64,000 bases of DNA. Source: an uncultured Nitrospiraceae bacterium. GTDB lineage: Bacteria; Nitrospirota; Nitrospiria; Nitrospirales; Nitrospiraceae. Position 1 is the stretch's first letter, and the number at the start of each line of letters is the position of its first letter. The stretch covers positions 2,816,001-2,880,000 of the forward strand of contig CAWJWJ010000002.1 of the NCBI GenBank assembly GCA_963846575.1, in the 5' to 3' direction. The position numbers were made by a program, and so were the translations under genes. A model generated the notes under the pieces. That model had not been told where the DNA came from and did not search any database. It saw only the letters and a program-made list of their open reading frames with translations. Of the stretch, positions 9,288-17,728 are shown one piece after another.

Positions 9288-9821
9288 ATGCAAACAGGAC
9301 TGAAGAAAACATTGGCGATGATCTGGCTACTGGGGTCTTTTCTTGTGATCGGCTGGTCGACGCCATCTCACGCAGCAGAGACCGAAGAACAGTCCTGTGC
9401 GGAAGTCCCCCTGTTACAGGTCGCCGCGGCCGACAGCGGCATGTCCTCGACCGGCGACACCGTTCCGCCGTCCGGCGACGTGCAGGAGCGCGCGGTTCCA
9501 CGGATGGGGCCTGGTGGGATGGCACCGCCTGCGGGACGTCAGGATGTCGGTGGCGGCATCATCGAGGGTAACCGCCTCACGGCCAAGCCTGGGTACGTCG
9601 TTGAAGTCATGCCTAACAATCAAGCCATGCTCAAGCCTGCCGGCGGCGGGACCGGTATCAAGGTCACCTGCCAATGTTCAAAAGGAATGGGCGGCGGATG
9701 CAAACTCGTGGGTGGAAGCGGCAACGCCTACTGCGAGGCCGGTGGGTTTTCAAAATGCCAGGGGACCTGCAAGATGGTGGATGCCCTGAAGGCGGCCAAT
9801 CAGGGTTTGACCATTCAATAA
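9288..9821 (+). CDS. Exported Cys-rich protein, VQERAVPR family, copy 1
   Basis: Signal peptide, acidic pro-region, R...KPGY motif, 6-Cys C-terminal domain. Confidence 0.85.
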   Translation: MQTGLKKTLAMIWLLGSFLVIGWSTPSHAAETEEQSCAEVPLLQVAAADSGMSSTGDTVPPSGDVQERAVPRMGPGGMAPPAGRQDVGGGIIEGNRLTAKPGYVVEVMPNNQAMLKPAGGGTGIKVTCQCSKGMGGGCKLVGGSGNAYCEAGGFSKCQGTCKMVDALKAANQGLTIQ

Positions 9822-9883
9822 ACTTGGCCTCGGCGACAGCACACGGCCGAGGGACCCTTTTCCGGCCATGACAAAAGGAGCGC

Positions 9884-10423
9884 ATGATGAGACTGAGATC
9901 ACGACTGTTCGGCTTCCTCCTGACAAGTGCCGTTCTGGCGGGGACATCCTTGAGCCTGGCAAGTGCCGGGGGAGACGGTGCCTCAGCGACCGCCCCGCTA
10001 CAGTGCGACGCCACGCCGATGCTGGTGGCCGATGCCACGGGCGACAGCCCGTCATCGTCAGATGCCGGCGCAGGTGCTGGAGCCGTTGAAGAGCGGGCAG
10101 TACCCCGAATGTCACCCGGCGCACCGGGAATGACTCCGGTCCTGCCACGACGGGATTTTCCTCAGGCCACCGTCGAAGGGAGCCGCATTACGGCAAAGCC
10201 CGGCTACATCATTCAGGTGTTGCCGAACGGCGAAGGAGTGCTGGCAAAGAAAAAGAACGATGCCCCGGGGACCGGAATCAAATGCGTCTGCACAGGTAAG
10301 GCCGCCTCAGGAAGATGCAAACTCGTCACCACCGGCCCTTCGACGGGAAACTGCGTCTCCGACGGATGCACAAACGGGTATTGCGGCGTGGAACTTGGCG
10401 CCCCCAAAGTGTTGATGCAGTGA
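9884..10423 (+). CDS. Exported Cys-rich protein, VEERAVPR family, copy 2
   Basis: AAGGAG RBS; tandem paralog of 9288 and 10444. Confidence 0.85.
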   Translation: MMRLRSRLFGFLLTSAVLAGTSLSLASAGGDGASATAPLQCDATPMLVADATGDSPSSSDAGAGAGAVEERAVPRMSPGAPGMTPVLPRRDFPQATVEGSRITAKPGYIIQVLPNGEGVLAKKKNDAPGTGIKCVCTGKAASGRCKLVTTGPSTGNCVSDGCTNGYCGVELGAPKVLMQ

Positions 10424-10443
10424 GGATGGGAAAGGAGTTCATC

Positions 10444-10950
10444 ATGGGTAGGTCGAGCATTTACGGAATTTTGATCAGCATCGGTCTTCTCACGGCAAGC
10501 GTAGCCTGGTCCGCGCCGGAGGACGGCGGGCGAAACCCGAGCACAACAGCGGAAGAGACCTGCAGCGACGCGCCGATGGTGGTGGCTCAGCAAGGCGGCG
10601 CCCCCTCGCCGGGCGAATCGGAATCGAGCGACATTCAGGAACGGGCAGTACCCCGGCTCGGGCCCGGCATGGCCCCGCGCATGGAATTCGAAGGTGCCGT
10701 GATGGAAAACAACCGCTTACGGCCCAAGCCAGGGTATGTGCTGGAATTGCTCCCGGGCAACAGAGTCATTGCCAAACGAGCCGGCGGAGGCAGCGGCGGG
10801 ACCTGGGACGTGAAGTGCAGCGCTTGTACGAAGAAGGGCAAATGCGAACCACTCCGAAGCCCCGACGGCATTTTCTGCCTGGGAGAATGTACTGGTTCCT
10901 GTAACATCACCATCAGTCCGGCCGGGGGTGGAAAACTGCAGATCCAATGA
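10444..10950 (+). CDS. Exported Cys-rich protein, IQERAVPR family, copy 3
   Basis: AAGGAG RBS before ATG 10444; tandem paralog. Confidence 0.85.
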   Translation: MGRSSIYGILISIGLLTASVAWSAPEDGGRNPSTTAEETCSDAPMVVAQQGGAPSPGESESSDIQERAVPRLGPGMAPRMEFEGAVMENNRLRPKPGYVLELLPGNRVIAKRAGGGSGGTWDVKCSACTKKGKCEPLRSPDGIFCLGECTGSCNITISPAGGGKLQIQ

Positions 10951-11001
10951 GTGTGTTCCATGAATGAGCGATGCAACGGATCGGGGGGGGAGATAGGGAA
11001 C

Positions 11002-12240
11002 ATGAACGCGAAGGTGCTGCTCATAGTTTCGTTTTGCGCATTGTGCCTGTCCACGGTCGGATGCACGACGAGCGATCGGGGTCCCACTGCTCCTGGGGTG
11101 GGCGCTGAAACGGCCAGAGAAGTCCCCGTCATTCCAGACGGACCGTCTAGCGATCAACCCGTGACGGCGGGGGAGAGCAGAACCGAGGTCCAAGAGCGTG
11201 GAGTGAAGCAGATCGCGCCCGGGGCCTTGGGGTCCGTGATGGCCACGCCGGGCGGTCTCGTCCTCCATCTGACGAGCTCATTCCCCGGCGAGTTCGCGTT
11301 CCGGACTCAAAAGGGATTCTACCTCACGGCGATCAACGGCGGCGGCCGGATCGCCGACCCCGTCGTCGTCGCGTCCGCCACATCGGCCGGAGCCTGGGAG
11401 AAGTTCAAGCTGGCGATCGCGACCCCTCCTTCCCCCTACGACAAAACCATCCAGACAGCGAGCGGGAACTATCTGACCGCCGTGAACGGCGGCGGCATGA
11501 CGGCGAATGTGCTCCATACCGATGCGACGCAACCCAAAGACTGGGAACGGTTCCGGCTCGTGTACCTGGGTACTTCCCCGCCTCCCTACTACGGCATCGG
11601 AACGATCAAGGGGAATTTTCTCACGGCCGTCAACGCCGGAGGCAGGTATCAGGATGCCGTCCACAGCGACGCCAAGCAGATCCAGGCCTGGGAGGAATTC
11701 AGGATCGTGAAATGCGGAGATCCGGGGTCCGGTTATGAGTATGGCGTGATGGCCGCCGACGGCAATTTCCTGGCCGCCACAAAGTACGAGGGAAAGCCCG
11801 GGTTCGGCTTGACGAATTTTTCGCGCGAAGCGGACATGAAATACAAATTCATCCGGCAGGGCGACGGCACCTACGCCCTCCAGACGGCCAACGGCAGGAC
11901 CTACGTCACCGCGCTCGGCGGGGGCGGGCAAGTCGAGAAGTATGACCGGAAGTATCACACGCCGGATTGTGGAGGACTGTTCGGCGGCCCTTGTATCGGT
12001 GGCGCCGCGCCCATCTTTCACACCGACGCGACGCAGGTCCAGGCCTGGGAAAAATTCCGGTTGATCGACCAGGGCAACTGTACCTATGCGATTCAGACCT
12101 CGAGCGGGTTCTTTGCAGGCATCTTCAAAAGTGCGTCGGGAGGCATGATGCTCACCACCAGGCGCGATGGCGCGGCGACGGCGAACGAGAAATTCCAGCT
12201 GGTCGTATTCGGTTTGGCATCGCCGGCCATTATCCAGTAA
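11002..12240 (+). CDS. Lipoprotein with fascin-like beta-trefoil repeats and VQERGV motif
   Basis: Lipobox TVG-C; six repeats of the type T..G.YLTA.NGGG...WE.F.L. Confidence 0.82.
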   Translation: MNAKVLLIVSFCALCLSTVGCTTSDRGPTAPGVGAETAREVPVIPDGPSSDQPVTAGESRTEVQERGVKQIAPGALGSVMATPGGLVLHLTSSFPGEFAFRTQKGFYLTAINGGGRIADPVVVASATSAGAWEKFKLAIATPPSPYDKTIQTASGNYLTAVNGGGMTANVLHTDATQPKDWERFRLVYLGTSPPPYYGIGTIKGNFLTAVNAGGRYQDAVHSDAKQIQAWEEFRIVKCGDPGSGYEYGVMAADGNFLAATKYEGKPGFGLTNFSREADMKYKFIRQGDGTYALQTANGRTYVTALGGGGQVEKYDRKYHTPDCGGLFGGPCIGGAAPIFHTDATQVQAWEKFRLIDQGNCTYAIQTSSGFFAGIFKSASGGMMLTTRRDGAATANEKFQLVVFGLASPAIIQ

Positions 12241-12277
12241 TGGCGGATCGGCTGAGCAAGTCATGGGAGGTGTGACG

Positions 12278-12649
12278 ATGCACCAGGTACTCGCCACGGT
12301 GGGGCTCTTGGCAATGGTTCTGCTCACCCGCGAGTCGCCGGCAGCCGGGGAGACTCCGGCGTCCCTGCCCACAACTCAAGAACAAGGCGCCGCGCCGTCC
12401 GACAGCAGTCAGGTTCAGGAGCGAGCCATTCGACAGGGCGTGGGGGGAGGGAGCGGCAACTGTGTCTGCATGCGTCCCTTGGGACAATGTGTGTTCAGCG
12501 CGCAGGGAGGCTGCGTCCCGCACCAGGGCAATCCCTGCAACGGCGGCTGCATCATGAAACAACCCACGCCCGGGATCGGCCGAATGGCTCCAGCGACACC
12601 AGGCGGGGCGGCTCAGGGCCCTCCAGGCCAGGGGTCCATGACAAAATAG
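12278..12649 (+). CDS. Small exported Cys-rich protein (6 Cys) with VQERAI motif
   Basis: GGAGGTG RBS before ATG 12278; signal peptide. Confidence 0.82.
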   Translation: MHQVLATVGLLAMVLLTRESPAAGETPASLPTTQEQGAAPSDSSQVQERAIRQGVGGGSGNCVCMRPLGQCVFSAQGGCVPHQGNPCNGGCIMKQPTPGIGRMAPATPGGAAQGPPGQGSMTK

Positions 12650-12713
12650 TCACGGCAATCGATGTTGCAAGCAGTGGTTACCTCAGGTCCGTGGATAGAA
12701 CGTGAGGTGCTCC

Positions 12714-13715
12714 ATGGTTGAGTTCAAGGTCGTGACCGGAACCGTGAGCCTCTGTGTTGTCATCCTGAGCACTGTCACATTGTCCACGACGGGGGCAGCG
12801 GATGATCCGCCGGGATCGAATCAGTCCTCTGAAATCCGGGAACGCGGCGTCATCCCCGATCGCCGCGTGCAACCGGGCCTGGTTCAGCCTCCGACGACGC
12901 AAGCGGGAGGAGCCGCGCCCAAGGTTCTGGTGCCTGGCACCACGGGGTTGAGGCCCGGCACCTTAGCCCCTCTTGATCGCTATACCGCACCGACCGCGAA
13001 CCTCACGAAAATCGCGAACGCGTTGCAGCTGCGACACAAGAGTTTGAGCATGCTCATCTCGGCCCCGCCCGGCCTCGCGGTGACCAACCCCGTGAACATC
13101 AAAGTCACCTACAACAGCGCCTCGTCCGGCAGTCGATGGCGGCAGGGTCCTTATAACCCGTCGACCGGATTCCGGGATTTTCAAAACGATCCGGACGGGA
13201 ACCGGTACCCGCGTCACATGGTGCTCGATATCCTCCTGACCGAGCAGCAACCAGGCAATCAGGCCGTGAACTTCGCGATCAAGTGGGAGCTCGATCTCGA
13301 TCCCCTGTTCGATATCACGATCAGCCCGTTGCGGTTCAAACTGAATAGCAACTGCGATCGTTTGGGCAAGAGTGAAATCAGATTCTCGTGGACTTCCCCC
13401 GACGCGGCCTACCACAAGAAAGGCTTCAGCACCAGCAAGGGCAACCACGTCGCGATCAGTGAATTCGCCTGGACAAAGCAGGAAGTGAGTGCATCGGCCG
13501 GTCTCGGCTGGCCTCAATGGGCATTTTACGAAGACGATCCGGTCACACTCAGCGGCGCCTATCTCCAAGGGTTTGGACCGCAACCGCTCAAGCTGCTCCC
13601 GGCCACTGTGAACGGGTATGTCGGTAGGACGATCAAAGACTCGCGCGGGCAATCTTGTACGGCCGACATTGCCTTCGAGGTGACGGTTCGAGTGCGGCAA
13701 TACGTAAACCTCTGA
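12714..13715 (+). CDS. Exported beta-rich protein with IRERGV motif
   Basis: GAGGTG RBS before ATG 12714; paralog of 7639..8718. Confidence 0.85.
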   Translation: MVEFKVVTGTVSLCVVILSTVTLSTTGAADDPPGSNQSSEIRERGVIPDRRVQPGLVQPPTTQAGGAAPKVLVPGTTGLRPGTLAPLDRYTAPTANLTKIANALQLRHKSLSMLISAPPGLAVTNPVNIKVTYNSASSGSRWRQGPYNPSTGFRDFQNDPDGNRYPRHMVLDILLTEQQPGNQAVNFAIKWELDLDPLFDITISPLRFKLNSNCDRLGKSEIRFSWTSPDAAYHKKGFSTSKGNHVAISEFAWTKQEVSASAGLGWPQWAFYEDDPVTLSGAYLQGFGPQPLKLLPATVNGYVGRTIKDSRGQSCTADIAFEVTVRVRQYVNL

Positions 13716-13730
13716 CAGCCCGTGGACGAC
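13705..13730 (+). promoter_or_regulatory. Putative ECF promoter variant TAAACC-N16-CGAC
   Basis: One mismatch to the consensus; 40 nt before GTG 13770 of lnt. Confidence 0.55.
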
Positions 13731-13769
13731 GGCAACGAGGCCCCTCAAGGCGGGCAGAGGACGCGTGAC

Positions 13770-15347
13770 GTGAAACGGGCCGGCGCGGGGGTACGTGTGA
13801 TTGTCGCTAAACTCAGCCTGGCGTTGATCACGTCCGCGCTCTGGACCTGGGCCCTGCCGGAACAGGATCTCGGCTGGCTCGCATGGGTGGCATTCGTGCC
13901 AATGATCATCGCCTGCCATGAGGCCCCTCTCCCCCTGGCCGCAGCGGTCGGATTCGCCGGTGGCCTGGGTGCCGCCTATGGCACGCTTCATTGGGTATTC
14001 GAGGTTCCCGGTTTCGAACTGCAGCACTCACTGTTAGCCGCGAGCTACCTGGCCCTGTATCCCGCTGGCTGGTGTCTGGGCCTCTCGCTCATGACCCGCG
14101 CCGGCGTCACGCCCCTCCTCCCCGCTGCCGCCCTCTGGGTGCTGCTGGATTACGTACGCGCCCATGCGGGATTTCTTGCCTTCCCCTGGGGCACCCTCGC
14201 GCACACCCAGCACCGCAATATTCCCCTGCTGCAGCTTGCCGCGATCACGGGCGAATACGGCGTGACCTTCGTGGTGATGGTCGCAAGCCTCGCGTTTTCC
14301 GGACTCATCCTGCGTCGCGCCTGGCGGGAGGCCGCCTTCGCGGCCGTGCTCCTCGCGATGGCGCAGGGCGGAGGAGCCCTGGCACTTCACGCCGACCCTC
14401 CCGGTCACACGATTCGCCTGGCCGCCCTGCAACCGAATATTCAGATCGGCGAGCAGGATACGCAGGAAGGCCGCCACGCCGCGTTCACGCGCCTCGAGCG
14501 CCTCACATTCACCGCCGCCGCGCAACGGCCCTCCTTGATCGCCTGGCCCGAAACGGCCATTGCCGGAAACCTGCAGGCCGACCCGCTGCTGGCCGCCGAT
14601 CTGCAGGTGTTGGCCCACGAAGCTGGAATGCCGATCGTACTGGGTGTCTCGGAGGTCGAAAAGTTTGCCTCACGCGACGCCTCGGGAACATCACGCCGGC
14701 GGGCCTACAATTCCGCCTATCTCGTCTCCCCCGGGGAACCGCTCCCCCCACCCTACCGCAAACGGCTCCTGGTGCCGTTCGGCGAATATGTCCCGCTGGC
14801 AACGATGGTCCCCTGGCCGGCATGGATGGGCGGGAAGCGCTTCGATTCCGAACCGGGCCAGGCATCTCGTCTCTTCAGCCTTCCGGACGGCAGCCCGTTC
14901 GCCGTGATGATCTGCTGGGAAAGCCTCTTCAGCGATCTCAGTCGAGAATCGGTGCAAGCGGGGGCGCGCCTGCTGGTGCAACTGAACAACCCGGCCTGGT
15001 TCGGCCGGACGGCGGCGGCGAAGCAGCAGAATATTTCCTCCGTCTTCCGGGCCGTTGAAAATCGCGTGCCGGTCCTGCTCGCGTCGAACACCGGACCCTC
15101 GCAGATCATCGATTCCTACGGGCAGGTCGTCGCGGAGAGCGCCACCATCTTCGCTGCCGGCCTGGTGGTTGGCGACGTGGTTCTCGGATCCTCCGGAACC
15201 CTGTACACCCGCATCGGCGATGGCTTCGTGTGGTGTCTGTCAGGTGTCTCACTGCTGCTTGGCCTGGTCCAGGTTCGTCGGACAAGTGTCGCCCCACCGG
15301 TCTCGCGGCGACGCCCATCGTCTCCCGGGGCACCAGCGGTTTCATAA
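13770..15347 (+). CDS. lnt: Apolipoprotein N-acyltransferase
   Basis: Multiple TM helices plus nitrilase triad motifs WPETA, K..LVPFGEY, ICWES and RAVENR. Start placed at GTG 13770 (GAGGA RBS) rather than 13722. Confidence 0.93.
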   Translation: MKRAGAGVRVIVAKLSLALITSALWTWALPEQDLGWLAWVAFVPMIIACHEAPLPLAAAVGFAGGLGAAYGTLHWVFEVPGFELQHSLLAASYLALYPAGWCLGLSLMTRAGVTPLLPAAALWVLLDYVRAHAGFLAFPWGTLAHTQHRNIPLLQLAAITGEYGVTFVVMVASLAFSGLILRRAWREAAFAAVLLAMAQGGGALALHADPPGHTIRLAALQPNIQIGEQDTQEGRHAAFTRLERLTFTAAAQRPSLIAWPETAIAGNLQADPLLAADLQVLAHEAGMPIVLGVSEVEKFASRDASGTSRRRAYNSAYLVSPGEPLPPPYRKRLLVPFGEYVPLATMVPWPAWMGGKRFDSEPGQASRLFSLPDGSPFAVMICWESLFSDLSRESVQAGARLLVQLNNPAWFGRTAAAKQQNISSVFRAVENRVPVLLASNTGPSQIIDSYGQVVAESATIFAAGLVVGDVVLGSSGTLYTRIGDGFVWCLSGVSLLLGLVQVRRTSVAPPVSRRRPSSPGAPAVS

Positions 15348-15357
15348 GGAGGTCCCG

Positions 15358-16407
15358 ATGCACAGGCTCAGACTGTTCGCCATGGCCGCTTGTGCGCTCC
15401 TCATGGTGGTGTCGCCGCGGCAGGCCTCCGGAAAGGGCACGCTCCTCGAGCTTGGGCCGGATTATTTCTGTATCGACCACGCTCCCCAACGCGTCGCGTT
15501 CTCGCCGCCACCCTTCACCTACCTGTTCGGCGGCATCTGCAACCTGCGTCATACGCGATTGCAGATCCCCGTGGACGTCCCCTGGACAGGAACAGGCACC
15601 TACGACCCCGCGACAGGCAAGGTCACCGAGGACATCAACATCCCGGCCCCGACCATCAGCCAGCCCTCCCGCCCATACGGGCGTTTCCTGGCTTATATGC
15701 ACTGTCCGTCCGATCCCTGGCGCGATCCAAACGTGAAATGCGACCAGGTGGCCGCTTCGTCGAAGCCTTCGGCGTCGGACTATCCACCGGGTCCGTACGG
15801 AGATTACGCCCGGAGCGTGGTGTTGCAAATCACCAGCCACATCCAGGGCTATCGGCGGCCCTATACGGCCCGCATGAAGGATACGCATCGGCAATATCTG
15901 AACGCGCAGTACAAGGCCTATGTGACAGCGATGAACAAACAACAGCTGATCCAGAAGGGCGCAGTTCAGTCTGAAGCTTCCGGTGCCTCCGGAGCGGCGG
16001 ACGTCTACCGAACACTGCTCCATCCGTCAGTCCTGTCGCCAAGACCCGGACAAATCCTGCTGTCACAGACCGCGGTTCCTATCAAGCTGGCGGCGCCGAA
16101 CGGGTGGACCGTCACCGGCTATACGGTCACCATCCAAAGACGAGACGCGAAGGGGGCCTGGGTCAATCACGTCACCATCCCGGTGAGTGAAGCCGAGGCG
16201 CGATCACCTGCCGGCTATAAGGGATTCGGGAATGGCGCGCCCCCGGCATTCCTGGTCACGCCGGGGAGGTGGCGTCTGAATGCACAAGTTTCCGTTCCGA
16301 AAAAGTCAGGCGTGAGTGACTGGGTGGAGTTTAACGTGACGCCCCATCAGGATGCCTATCAAGACTCGGCTCAGACGAAAAAGCGCAATCCATTTCTGAA
16401 TCCATGA
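15358..16407 (+). CDS. Exported hypothetical protein, paralog 1
   Basis: AAGGAGG RBS; signal peptide; shares PSRPYGRF, C..DPWRD.NVKCDQV, GFGNGAPPAFL with the next gene. Confidence 0.85.
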   Translation: MHRLRLFAMAACALLMVVSPRQASGKGTLLELGPDYFCIDHAPQRVAFSPPPFTYLFGGICNLRHTRLQIPVDVPWTGTGTYDPATGKVTEDINIPAPTISQPSRPYGRFLAYMHCPSDPWRDPNVKCDQVAASSKPSASDYPPGPYGDYARSVVLQITSHIQGYRRPYTARMKDTHRQYLNAQYKAYVTAMNKQQLIQKGAVQSEASGASGAADVYRTLLHPSVLSPRPGQILLSQTAVPIKLAAPNGWTVTGYTVTIQRRDAKGAWVNHVTIPVSEAEARSPAGYKGFGNGAPPAFLVTPGRWRLNAQVSVPKKSGVSDWVEFNVTPHQDAYQDSAQTKKRNPFLNP

Positions 16408-16591
16408 GGAACCCAGGCACATCGTGAGCAGAAATAGAAACCAGCGGTTCACGAATGACGTCTAGGCGACGAACAACCAAACCGGAGCAATGCCCGCACC
16501 CCATTGTCGTGAGAAGCGCTGAAAGAACCAGATCCGTATCCACTGAGGTTTCAACGATCTGCCGTACCGATTGTCAGAAAAGGAGACTTTC

Positions 16592-17635
16592 ATGAGACTT
16601 GTGAGGATTTCTGTCTGTGGTGTTGGACTGGCGTTCTGCCTGATGATGAGTATGGCGACCCCACAGGGTGCATGGGCATCCGGCAGATTGCTGACAATTG
16701 AGGAAGAGTATTGTTACAAATTCGCCTTGCAAAAAGTCATTCTTTCCCCCACGCCTTCCACCTACTTATTTACCGGAACATGCGACCTGGCCCATACACG
16801 CCTACTTCTCCCCGTTAAGGTCACGTATACCACTGTGGGCAGGTACGACCCCACGAACGGGAACACCACGGAAGAGATTAGTGTGCCCCCGCCCGCGATC
16901 AACGAACCCTCCCGACCCTACGGCCGGTTTTTCGCCTCCATGCGTTGTGCTGCGGATCCGTGGCGGGACCGCAATGTGAAGTGCGATCAGGTCGTCGCCT
17001 CGGTTAATCCCCCCGCGAGTGCCTACCCGCCCAATCAATCGGGGGATCTTTCAAGAAGCTTGATCAGGCAAATCTTTGATCAGATCACCAAGTACTCCCT
17101 ACGGCCGTACACCTCGTCTCTCACCAGCGATCAGAAAAAAGTGGTCGATGCGCAATATGATGCGGCTCTGGCCTCCGAACGGAGATCCCAACAGCTCCAG
17201 CAAGGGGCCAAGAAAACAGAGGGGACATCCTACAGCGCAGGCCTCTCGCCCTCCGTGCTGTCGCCCGCGAGCGGACAAACGGTCGTAGCGCAAACGCCGG
17301 TGCTGATCAAGCTGTCGCCGCCCAAGGGGTGGAATGTGACGGGGTACATGGTCAATATTCAGAGAAAAGATGCGAAGGGGATCTGGGTTCATCACACCAC
17401 CATTCCCGTGAGCGCGGCCGAGGCGCAATCACCCACCGGATACATGGGGTTCGGCAACGGCGCGCCACCGGCATTCTTGATCTTCCCCGGCGCATGGCGG
17501 CTCAACGCCCAGGCCTCGTCTCCCAAACAGTCCGGCACGAGTGATTGGATTCAGTTTTACGCGACGGCCTATCAGGGACCGGTGCAGCAGGCGGCCCCCA
17601 AAAATGGAGCCCACCTTCAGTTCAAGATCCCCTGA
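16592..17635 (+). CDS. Exported hypothetical protein, paralog 2
   Basis: AAGGAG RBS; signal peptide; tandem duplicate of 15358..16407. Confidence 0.85.
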   Translation: MRLVRISVCGVGLAFCLMMSMATPQGAWASGRLLTIEEEYCYKFALQKVILSPTPSTYLFTGTCDLAHTRLLLPVKVTYTTVGRYDPTNGNTTEEISVPPPAINEPSRPYGRFFASMRCAADPWRDRNVKCDQVVASVNPPASAYPPNQSGDLSRSLIRQIFDQITKYSLRPYTSSLTSDQKKVVDAQYDAALASERRSQQLQQGAKKTEGTSYSAGLSPSVLSPASGQTVVAQTPVLIKLSPPKGWNVTGYMVNIQRKDAKGIWVHHTTIPVSAAEAQSPTGYMGFGNGAPPAFLIFPGAWRLNAQASSPKQSGTSDWIQFYATAYQGPVQQAAPKNGAHLQFKIP

Positions 17636-17728
17636 GCCGGCGGGCGGAATGGCTGCGCTGATCGGAACAGGTATGACGACGACAGGGCATCACCGGGGGC
17701 ACAACGCAGGATTCGACGGCCTGTGTGC

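Noticed and set aside
3083..13715. Classical RiPP cluster or c-type cytochrome array
   Set aside because: No LanM, YcaO, radical SAM or C39 transporter genes are present. The proteins have Sec or lipoprotein signals, and the Cys patterns include CxCH but no CxxCH.
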